DNA from: a bacterium
GTDB lineage: Bacteria > Myxococcota_A > Bradymonadia > UBA7976 > UBA1532
Direction: 5' to 3'
Assembly (NCBI GenBank): GCA_030426085.1
Contig: JAUHYW010000012.1
Span: forward strand, 2,425-66,424
Length of the DNA: 64,000 nucleotides
Part shown: one piece after another, positions 8,879 through 16,649 of the stretch
Numbering within the stretch: the first letter of the stretch is position 1
Layout: every line of letters starts with the position of its first letter
Notes under the pieces: generated by a model
Told to the model about the DNA's origin: nothing
Database searches by the model: none
The model's input: only the letters and a program-made list of their open reading frames with translations
Made by a program: the position numbers and the translations under genes

Positions 8879-9442
8879 ATGGACACCGAGACCGAGGTCA
8901 CCCGCCTGCTCCAGGACGCCACCCGGGGCGATCCCAAGGCCGAAGCGGCGCTCATCGACGCGGTCTACGCCGACCTGCGCCGGCGGGCCGGGGCGATGAT
9001 GAAGCGGGAGAACCCCGACCACACGCTCCAGCCGACGGCGCTGGTGCACGAGACCTGGATGCGGCTCATCCGCCAGGAGAACGTGGACTGGAAGGGCAAG
9101 GCCCACTTCCTCGCCGTCGCCTCGACCCTGATGCGGCGCATCCTCGTCGACCACGCCCGCAAGCGCAACGCGGCCCGGCGGGGCGGCGGGGCCCCCAAGA
9201 TCTCGCTGGAGGACGGCCTGGGGCTGACCACCGACAGCGACGCCGACGTGCTCGCGCTGCACGAGGCGCTCGAGCAGCTCGGCGCGCTCGACGCCCGCCA
9301 GGCCGACATCGTGGTGATGCGCTTCTTCGGCGGGCTGACCAACGCCGAGTGCGGGGTGGTGCTGGGGGTCTCGACCCGCACCGTCGAGGGCGACTGGGCC
9401 ATGGCCCGGGCCTGGCTGCGCCGCCGCCTCACCCGCGGCTGA
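8879..9442 (+). CDS. ECF-type RNA polymerase sigma factor (sigma-70 family, STK-associated ECF group)
   Basis: 187 aa. Region 2 (ALIDAVYADLRRRAGAMM...LVHETWMRL) and region 4 HTH (LTNAECGVVLGVSTRTVEGDWAMARAWL). The gene directly downstream, 4 bp away, is a Ser/Thr kinase, which is the typical ECF-STK pair. Confidence 0.8.
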   Translation: MDTETEVTRLLQDATRGDPKAEAALIDAVYADLRRRAGAMMKRENPDHTLQPTALVHETWMRLIRQENVDWKGKAHFLAVASTLMRRILVDHARKRNAARRGGGAPKISLEDGLGLTTDSDADVLALHEALEQLGALDARQADIVVMRFFGGLTNAECGVVLGVSTRTVEGDWAMARAWLRRRLTRG

Positions 9443-9446
9443 GCCC

Positions 9447-10685
9447 GTGGATCCCGACGCCTTCGCCCGGGTCAAGGCCGCCTTCCTCGCCGTGCGCGAC
9501 CTGCCCCGGGCCGAGCAGGGCCCGGCGATCGACGCCGCCTTCGACGACCCCGCGCTGCGGGCCGAGGTGCGCGAGCTGCTGGGCCACGACGACGACGAGG
9601 CCCCGTTCATCCGCCCGCCGGAGGGCGTCTCCCGCCCGCCGCTGCCGGTCGACCCCGCCCCGCCGCTCGTCGGCGAGACCCTCGACGGCCGGTTCGACGT
9701 CGAGACCGCCGTCGCCGAGGGCGGGTTCGGCTGGGTCTACCGGGGGCGCGACCGGCAGACCGGCGAGCCGATCGCGATCAAGCTGTTCAAGCCCATCGAC
9801 GACCCCGGGCTGCGCAGCGAGGTCGAGGCCGCGTTCGACCGCGAGGGCCGGGTGCTCGAGTCGCTCGCCCCCCGCTCGGCGCACATCGTCGCCTACCGGG
9901 ACATCGGCACCTGGGTCGACCCCGACGGCGCCCGCCGCTCGTTCATCGTCATGGAGTGGCTCGACGGGGTGACCCTCGCCGAGCACGTCAACGAGACCCT
10001 GGGCGAGGGCCCGCTGCCCCTGCGGGTGGTGCACGAGCTGCTGACCCCCATCGCCGACGCGCTGGCCATCGCCCACCGCCACGGGGTCGCCCACCGGGAC
10101 ATCAAGCCGAGCAACATCCTCGTCACCCGCACCGCCGACGGCGACGCGCTGCTCAAGCTCGTCGACTTCGGGGCCGCCAAGCGGGCCGCCGACCGGGCCC
10201 GGGGCTTCCAGAGCACCGGCGGCGAGATCGGGATGGTGACCTTCGACTACTCGGCCCCCGAGCAGGTCAACAAGGCCTACGGCTCGACGGGGCCGTGGTC
10301 CGACGTCTTCTCGCTGGCGGTGCTCGTCGTCGAGATGGTCGCCGGCCGCCACCCGTGGCGCCACCTCGACCTGCTCGCGGCGATGGATCTGGCCACCAGC
10401 CGCGAGGCCCGCCCGACCCCCCGCGCGCTGGGCGTCGAGCTCGCCGACCCCGCCGTCGCCGACGCGGTCGACGCGGTCTTCACCCGGGCGCTGGCGGTCG
10501 AGCCCGAGCGCCGTCAGCCGGACGTGGCCCGGCTCTGGGCCGAGCTGGGCGCGGCGCTCGACGGCCGGGCGCGGGACGCGCCGCCCGGTTCGGATCAGAG
10601 CAGCGCGACCGGTGGCATCTCGCTCATGTGGTATGCCATCCCGCTGGGTCTGATCGCGGCGCTCGCGTGGTGGCTGAGCCGGTGA
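9447..10685 (+). CDS. Ser/Thr protein kinase with C-terminal TM anchor, partner of the ECF sigma factor
   Basis: 412 aa with a GTG start. N-terminal approximately 70 aa could be an anti-sigma-like region. Kinase motifs GGFGWVYRGRD...AIKLF, HRDIKPSNILV, DFGAAK and SAPE, plus a C-terminal TM helix (WYAIPLGLIAALAWWL). Confidence 0.8.
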   Translation: MDPDAFARVKAAFLAVRDLPRAEQGPAIDAAFDDPALRAEVRELLGHDDDEAPFIRPPEGVSRPPLPVDPAPPLVGETLDGRFDVETAVAEGGFGWVYRGRDRQTGEPIAIKLFKPIDDPGLRSEVEAAFDREGRVLESLAPRSAHIVAYRDIGTWVDPDGARRSFIVMEWLDGVTLAEHVNETLGEGPLPLRVVHELLTPIADALAIAHRHGVAHRDIKPSNILVTRTADGDALLKLVDFGAAKRAADRARGFQSTGGEIGMVTFDYSAPEQVNKAYGSTGPWSDVFSLAVLVVEMVAGRHPWRHLDLLAAMDLATSREARPTPRALGVELADPAVADAVDAVFTRALAVEPERRQPDVARLWAELGAALDGRARDAPPGSDQSSATGGISLMWYAIPLGLIAALAWWLSR

Positions 10686-10695
10686 CTGCCCCTGA

Positions 10696-11913
10696 CTATC
10701 CCAGGTCGACCCGGACGTGCTCGATGATGTCCCGCAGCGCCTGCCGCACCACCGCGGTCTCGGGGTGCCTCACGATGACATAGCCCTCGCCCTCGTAGCT
10801 GCCGGTGGGGAACATGCCCACCCGGGGCATCTGCACCTCGACGACGAGCCCCGCCACCCGCTGCTGGGCCGCCTCGAGCCCGCGCACCGCCTTCACCCGG
10901 CCCCGCCCCTGACCCCGCAGGAAGGCCGCGCCCACCGCGTAGGTCCGGGGCGGCGGCTCGAAGGCGTCGTGCACCATCAGCCGGGCCCACTTCTGGTAGA
11001 AGTCCACCTCGCCGGCGAACGACATCAGCCGCATGATCTGGGCCCCCGGCGGGCGGGCGGCGATCTCGCTGATGGCCAGGGAGCCATCCGGCCGGCGGAA
11101 CCACTCCATGTGGCTCAGCCCGGTGCCCTGCCCCAGCGCCTTCAGCGCGGCGAAGCCCGAGCGGCGCACGTCGTCGAAGGCCGGGTCGTCCACCTCGCGG
11201 GGCAGGCACACCGTCCACTGGATCCAGGGGTTCTCCACCACCCGGATGGGCTGGGGGTCGTACATCGTCAGCGAGTGCCACACCGGCTCGCCGCCGACGC
11301 TGATGACCTCGAACGACCGCTCGAGCCCCTGCACGAACTCCTCGCACAGCACCGGCCGCCCCCCGCCGAGGCCGCCGGCCACCACCCGCTTCAGGGTCTC
11401 GATGTCATCCGCTCGATGGGTCGCCACCGAGCCGGCCCCGTCGGGCGGCTTGACGATCATCGGCAGCCCCACCTGCTCGGCGAAGGCCACCGCCGCCGCC
11501 ACCGACGACACCAGCGCGTGGCGGGCGCAGGGCAGCCCCGCGGCGCGCAGCGCGTCCTTCATGCGCGACTTGTCCCGGAAGTTGCGGGCCGCCGCCGCGC
11601 CCATGCCGGGGATGCCGAGCGCGTCGCGCACCTCGCCGAGCGGCACCTGGAGCTGCTCGAACATGCCCAGCAGCCGGTGGCATCCGCCGAGCTGCCCGGC
11701 CAGCCACCGGGTCCCATCGGCGATCTGCTGGGGGTCCATGCCGTCGGCGATGCCATAGTGGGCCGCGATGTGGGGCCGCAGGTCGGCCGGGATGGCTTCG
11801 GCGGGGCTCGCGGTGACCAGCCCCAGCTTCACCCCGGGCAGCGCGGCGGCGGCCCGGATGAAGCGCAGCGTATTGAACCCCAAGAACGGGGTCGCGAAGA
11901 CGACCGGTGTCAT
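10696..11913 (-). CDS. ATP-grasp ligase (L-amino-acid-ligase-like)
   Basis: ATG at 11911-11913. MTPVVFATPF...RNFRDKSRMKD...GLPMIVKPPDGAGSVATHRADD...LCEEFVQG...MEWFRRPDGSLAISEIAARPPGAQI, with typical ATP-grasp B- and C-domain motifs. Last gene of a 3-gene minus-strand operon. Confidence 0.65.
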   Translation of the reverse strand: MTPVVFATPFLGFNTLRFIRAAAALPGVKLGLVTASPAEAIPADLRPHIAAHYGIADGMDPQQIADGTRWLAGQLGGCHRLLGMFEQLQVPLGEVRDALGIPGMGAAAARNFRDKSRMKDALRAAGLPCARHALVSSVAAAVAFAEQVGLPMIVKPPDGAGSVATHRADDIETLKRVVAGGLGGGRPVLCEEFVQGLERSFEVISVGGEPVWHSLTMYDPQPIRVVENPWIQWTVCLPREVDDPAFDDVRRSGFAALKALGQGTGLSHMEWFRRPDGSLAISEIAARPPGAQIMRLMSFAGEVDFYQKWARLMVHDAFEPPPRTYAVGAAFLRGQGRGRVKAVRGLEAAQQRVAGLVVEVQMPRVGMFPTGSYEGEGYVIVRHPETAVVRQALRDIIEHVRVDLG

Positions 11914-11957
11914 GGCGTTGGCTCCGAATGAAGGGGGTCGGGCGTGCGCTGAGAGGC

Positions 11958-12695
11958 TCAGCGGGTCAGCGTGTCGAGGTATTGGGGCAGCATCGCCCGC
12001 CAGGTGACCCAGTCGTGGTCCCACTCGGGGCCCCAGTCGTCCACCCGGTTGGGCACGCCCCGGCCGCCGAGCGCGCGGGCCACCTGCCAGCTCTCGCCGG
12101 GGGCCTCCCACTTGCCCGAGCCGGTGGCCAGCAGCACGAAGCGCCGCCGCAAGAGCGCGAGCTGCCGGCTGTCTTCCTTCAGCTCGGGCACGAAGTGCAG
12201 CGGCGACGAGACGTGGAAGTCGAAGGTGTGCTCCCCGCCCATCCACCGGGTCAGGTCGTAGGTGCCCGACATGCACACCGCCGCCCGGAAGGCATCCGGG
12301 TGGCGGCACAGCATCGACAGCGCGTTGAACGCGCCGATGCTCGCCCCGGCGGTGACGATCTCGACGTCGCCCTGGCGGCAGTCGGTGCGGATGGCCGGCA
12401 CCAGCTCGTGGTAGACGAAGGCGTCAAACATGCTCTGCATCCACGCCCGGTGCCCGCCGCCGTGCCCGTCGCCGATCCAGTAGCGCCCCGAGACGCTGTC
12501 GACGCTGTAGATGCGCACCCGGCCGGCCTCGATCAGCGGGGCGAGCACCTTCAGCATCAGGAAGCGCTCGCACTCCTCGAAGTCGCCCCCCGCGGTGGGG
12601 AACAGCAGCACCGGCTGCCCGGCGTGGCCCCAGCGGGCCACGTTCACCACCTGCTTCACCCGCTCCGAGTACCAGCGGTCGACGAGTTTGTTCAC
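11958..12695 (-). CDS. Putative esterase (esterase D / enterochelin-esterase-like alpha/beta hydrolase)
   Basis: About 245 aa with a GTG start overlapping the upstream stop as GTGA. Nucleophile elbow GASIG; motifs such as LFPTAGGDFEE...YSVDSV...HGGGH; C-terminal His region. Confidence 0.6.
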   Translation of the reverse strand: MNKLVDRWYSERVKQVVNVARWGHAGQPVLLFPTAGGDFEECERFLMLKVLAPLIEAGRVRIYSVDSVSGRYWIGDGHGGGHRAWMQSMFDAFVYHELVPAIRTDCRQGDVEIVTAGASIGAFNALSMLCRHPDAFRAAVCMSGTYDLTRWMGGEHTFDFHVSSPLHFVPELKEDSRQLALLRRRFVLLATGSGKWEAPGESWQVARALGGRGVPNRVDDWGPEWDHDWVTWRAMLPQYLDTLTR

Positions 12696-14008
12696 GCCAC
12701 GTCCCCCGGCCCGAAGGCGCCGGGGGGGTCGCTCTCGGCAATGCTCGTCGACGGGGTGCGCCGCAGGCGGTCCTCTTCGGTCTTGCCCCAGAAGCGGATG
12801 AGCCCCCAGAAGTGCTCGGTGAACCGCTCCACCTCGTGGGCCGGGAACAGCGCCTCGACCTTCTGCCGCACCAGCGCCTTGCAGGTGTCGCTGGTGAAAA
12901 AGGCCAGGGCCACCTCGTCGAGGTGGCTCAGGTGGGTCTGGCAGAACTCGGTGAAGGCGTCGGCCTTCAGCCGCTCGCGGGTGATGTCGGCGTAGGCCGC
13001 CAGCCGCTCGCGGTAGGGCAGGTCGCGCTTCGCCACCTCGAAGTACGGCCGCCAGTCGAGCGTGGGCGGGTTGACGTGCCCGCTCGCCGCGCAGAACAGC
13101 GACCAGCGCACCATCTTCTTGACCATGCTGGGCCAGTGATAGTGCAGCGAGGTCACCTGGAAGTCGGGGCAGGCGTTGGCGAAGTCGATCGGGTGGAATA
13201 CACCCTCGCGGCGCAGGCTCTCGCAGGAGTTGAACTCCCAGCCGAAGAAGCCATTGATCGTCAGCATCTGGTCGGTCAGCAGCGACCACTCGTCGCCGTC
13301 GACGAAGAAGAAGTCGACCTTGTAGCGATCGTGCAGCGCCGCGCCGGGGTCGTAGCGCACGATCTCGACCTGGGGGCCGACGCCGATGGTGCGCACGAAG
13401 AGGTCGAACGGCTCGATGGCTTCCTGCAGGTGCATCACCCGCCGGCCGGACTGCTCGTAGGCCGCCTTGAGCTCGGCCTCGTTCTGGATGCGGGTCACCC
13501 CGACCCAGGCCCCGCCGTCGTAGGGCTTCATGAACAGCGGGTAGCCCAGCTTGCGCCCCACCTCGCCGAGGTCGAACAGCCGGGCGTAGCGGTCGAGGGT
13601 GGGGCCGACGTCGGGGGTGGCCACCGCGTCGTGCTCCTTGGGCGGGGCCATCCAGGTGCGGGGCACCGGCAGCCCGAGCTTCATCATGGCCGCGTAGCTG
13701 GTCTGCTTCTCCATCGACTGCACGGCCCACGGGTTGTTGAGCACATGCAGGCCGTCCATGATCACGGCCTTCTTGATCCACTCGCGGCTGGTGTGGAACC
13801 AGTGCGTCAGCCGGTCGAGCACCACGGCGTAGCTGCACGGCTGCTGCAAGTCGTAGGGCTCGACGGTGACCCGCTCGACGGCGAAGTCGACGGTCTGCCC
13901 GCCCAGCTCGCACTCCAGGTTCAGCCCGCGCACGATGGCCTCGAAGGCCCCGGGCCAGCAGATGTCGGCCCCCAGCGAGAGGCCGATCTTCTTGGTGACG
14001 CGACTCAT
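12692..14008 (-). CDS. ATP-grasp domain protein, 438 aa. First gene of the operon.
   Basis: ATG with a GGGAGAA RBS. Central LGYPLFMKPYDGGAWVGVTRIQNEAELKAAY is a classic ATP-grasp K-x-GS/GxG segment. Long N- and C-terminal extensions have no recognisable family. Confidence 0.55.
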   Translation of the reverse strand: MSRVTKKIGLSLGADICWPGAFEAIVRGLNLECELGGQTVDFAVERVTVEPYDLQQPCSYAVVLDRLTHWFHTSREWIKKAVIMDGLHVLNNPWAVQSMEKQTSYAAMMKLGLPVPRTWMAPPKEHDAVATPDVGPTLDRYARLFDLGEVGRKLGYPLFMKPYDGGAWVGVTRIQNEAELKAAYEQSGRRVMHLQEAIEPFDLFVRTIGVGPQVEIVRYDPGAALHDRYKVDFFFVDGDEWSLLTDQMLTINGFFGWEFNSCESLRREGVFHPIDFANACPDFQVTSLHYHWPSMVKKMVRWSLFCAASGHVNPPTLDWRPYFEVAKRDLPYRERLAAYADITRERLKADAFTEFCQTHLSHLDEVALAFFTSDTCKALVRQKVEALFPAHEVERFTEHFWGLIRFWGKTEEDRLRRTPSTSIAESDPPGAFGPGDVA

Positions 14009-14534
14009 CGGGTTCTCCCCCCACCGTCAGACGACGGCGATGCGCGCGCCCTATACGCCGGTGGGGTCGGGCGCGCAAGAGAATCGAGGGTCGCGTAGTG
14101 GGTTATTTTGATTTGGCCCCGTCCCTGGCCGTCAAGCCGCTGACGACACAGCCCCCTGTAGCAGCCGATAGATCGTCGTCCTCCCTGGCGTGAGCCTCCC
14201 GTCTCGCAGCCGTGATCTCGGCCGCTCGTCCTGCTCTGGCTCTGTCTGCGTATCCGAGTCCGAGATGCCGTGAGGATACCCCCGGCATGAATCGTCGGAA
14301 TACCTCGGCGGGTCAAGTGCGGCACCGCACTGCATACAGTACGATTTCGTTTCGAGTACGCCGCTCCGGTCGCCATGGTCGAGTTCGACCCGGCGGGGGA
14401 CCCCGAGGAAAGAGCCACTGAAGCCGGGATCGTCGGGCTGCGGAGCGGGCACCGCGCGGCCGGCGGACACGTTTTCTTCGCGATTCATGCGAAATTTGTG
14501 CATATTCGGCAATGAAACTGCATGAGGGGCGCGC

Positions 14535-15848
14535 ATGCTGCTCGAATTTCGGGTCGCCAACTTTCGGTCGTTCGCCGAGGAACAGGTTTTCTCGTTCGTG
14601 GCCGACAAGGACGACACGCACCTGGAGAACACCATGGAGTGTGAGCAGTCGCCCACTGGACGGGTGACTCGGCTTGCGGTGCTATACGGACCCAACGGCG
14701 GCGGAAAGAGCGCGCTGGTGCGGGCGATTGCCGCGATGCAGGGCATGGTCGTCAACTCCGCGCGGTGGCAGGAGGGCGATCGGCTGATGAGCCTCGAGCC
14801 GTTCAAGTTGGACGCTGCGCTCGCGCATGCGCCGTGCCGGTTTGAAGCGACGTTCGTGGCTGATTGGGCCGACCCCGAAGACCCAGAGACCGTCCGGCCT
14901 GTCCGCTACCAGTACGGCTTTTCGGCGGATGTCGAGCGCGTTGACGAGGAGTGGCTGCTGGCCTACCCCCACGGTCAGCCCCAGACTTGGTTCGAGCGCG
15001 ACCCGGACGGGTTCGACTTCGGTCGGCATTTGCGGGGCGAGAAGAAGCGGATCGCCGATGCGACGCGCAGCAACGCGCTCTTCTTGTCGGTGGCGGCGCA
15101 GCAGAACCAACAGCATCTCCTACCCGTCTTTCGTTGGTTGCGGACCCACCTCATGGCCATCGGTGTCGCCGGGGAGCAAGAACTCGGTGACCCGGTGATT
15201 CGGCGGAGGCCGCTCGCTTCGGCTCGCACCAACGTAGCCCTTGATAAGGGTCACGACGAAGCCAGGAAGTACATCGTCGACTTTCTGCGAGAGGCGGATG
15301 TCGGCATCGATGACATCCGCCTGGAACGCAGCCGCTTCGACGCCGCGTCGCTGCCCCCGGGGTTCCCACCTGAGCTGAAGGCGCTGGTGGTGGAGCAGCA
15401 AGAAGAGAGGGAGATGGTCGAGGTCCGCACTGTGCACCGGGGTCGCCATGGTGAGCCCGTCGAGTGGAATCTGTCCGACGAGTCCGAGGGCACCCAGAAC
15501 CTGTATTGCCTGCTGGGTCCCTGGCTGGAGACGGTGTTCTTCGAACGATCTGCGTTCTTCGACGAATTGTTCAGCGATCTGCACCCGGTCCTCGCCCGAC
15601 GGCTGCTGGAGCGCTTCTGCAAGGAAGGCAGCAAGGGTCAGGTGCTGCTGACCACCCACGATACGAACCTGCTCGACTCGAATCTGCTTCGGCGCGATCA
15701 GGTCTGGTTCGTCGAGAAGAACCCCGACGGCGCCTCGCGGCTCTACTCGATGCTCGAATACCGTCCGCGCAAGGGCGAGAACTTCGAAAAGGGCTACCTC
15801 GCCGGCCGCTATGGCGCGCTGCCGTTCATCGGCGACGTGAGGTTCTGA
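14535..15848 (+). CDS. AAA_21/ABC-type ATPase, AbiLi / AriA-like (the ATPase half of a split OLD-family system)
   Basis: 437 aa. N-terminal LEFRVANFRSFAEE, the SMC/RecF-like head beta-strand, then Walker A LYGPNGGGKSALVRAI. The C-terminus has QVLLTTHDTNLLD, a Walker B/D-loop-like H-loop. GC is about 60-63%, markedly lower than the flanking genes. Confidence 0.75.
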   Translation: MLLEFRVANFRSFAEEQVFSFVADKDDTHLENTMECEQSPTGRVTRLAVLYGPNGGGKSALVRAIAAMQGMVVNSARWQEGDRLMSLEPFKLDAALAHAPCRFEATFVADWADPEDPETVRPVRYQYGFSADVERVDEEWLLAYPHGQPQTWFERDPDGFDFGRHLRGEKKRIADATRSNALFLSVAAQQNQQHLLPVFRWLRTHLMAIGVAGEQELGDPVIRRRPLASARTNVALDKGHDEARKYIVDFLREADVGIDDIRLERSRFDAASLPPGFPPELKALVVEQQEEREMVEVRTVHRGRHGEPVEWNLSDESEGTQNLYCLLGPWLETVFFERSAFFDELFSDLHPVLARRLLERFCKEGSKGQVLLTTHDTNLLDSNLLRRDQVWFVEKNPDGASRLYSMLEYRPRKGENFEKGYLAGRYGALPFIGDVRF

Positions 15849-16471
15849 TGCCTCGGGGCAGACGGGCACGCGGCAAGGGCAACCTGGGCCGCAACAAGGG
15901 CAACCGCAGCGGCCGACGCATCTTGATCGTCTGCGAGGGCAGCGAGACCGAGCCCCGCTACTTCCGGGCGCTGCGCGCCGAGCTGAAGCTGGGGGCTGTC
16001 GATATCCAGGTCGAGGGCGAGAATTGCGAGAGCGCACCGATCTCGGTCGTGGACTACGCGCTGGAGTTGAAGGCACGCGCGCGCCGCCAGGTGCCCTACG
16101 ACGCGGTGTGGTGCGTCATCGACCGGGACAACCACGAGAGCTTCGATCGGGCGATCGACAAGGCCGCCGCCCATGGCATCGCGGTGGCCGCCTCGGTCCG
16201 CCAGTTCGAGGTCTGGCTCCTGCTGCATTTCGTCTACAGCACCCGGTCGTGGCCCGACGGCGACAGCCTGCTCAAAGCCCTGGCCGAGCACCTGCCGGAC
16301 TACGCCAAGAATACGGACGTCGCCGGGACACTGCAGCTGCGGCGGCCCACGGCGATGACTCACGCCGAGCGGCTGCGGACCCACAACGCCGAGGTGCACG
16401 ACGCGCGCCACCCCAACCCGATGACCGATGTGGACCTCCTCGTCGGCTTCCTCGTCCGCCTCAAGCCCTGA
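15848..16471 (+). CDS. RloB-like Toprim-domain protein, AbiLii / AriB-like (nuclease half of the split OLD-family system)
   Basis: 207 aa. Start overlaps the upstream stop as TGATG. N-terminus RILIVCEGSETEPRYFRAL is the RloB/OLD Toprim signature (catalytic Glu in CEG). Downstream acidic residues in VWCVIDRDNH. Confidence 0.7.
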   Translation: MPRGRRARGKGNLGRNKGNRSGRRILIVCEGSETEPRYFRALRAELKLGAVDIQVEGENCESAPISVVDYALELKARARRQVPYDAVWCVIDRDNHESFDRAIDKAAAHGIAVAASVRQFEVWLLLHFVYSTRSWPDGDSLLKALAEHLPDYAKNTDVAGTLQLRRPTAMTHAERLRTHNAEVHDARHPNPMTDVDLLVGFLVRLKP

Positions 16472-16649
16472 GAGCTTTCCCACAATCTCCGGCGCTTCGC
16501 CCAGCACGGTCCCGTTCGCCGAGCTCGGCGTTGACCCGTCAGAGGACTGGAGGGTTGAGGACCGCTCGGGCTGGCCCGGAATCGAAATGCCCCACCACCG
16601 AGGGTCGGGCCCGGTGAAATCGGGGTGACGGCCCGCGAGGGCGCCCCGG

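Noticed and set aside
6848-9442. 864-aa + strand ORF beginning inside the 129-bp tandem repeat
   Set aside because: Its N-terminal part is the translated tandem repeat and then runs antisense to the kinase gene at 7202-8731. Only the last 187 codons, the ECF sigma factor, carry recognisable motifs.
14330-14420. tRNA-like T-arm motif (GGTCGAGTTCGACCCGGCGGGGGACCCC) in the low-GC leader
   Set aside because: No D-arm, anticodon arm or acceptor pairing can be built around it, and the stem/loop lengths are wrong for a tRNA or a tmRNA 3' end.
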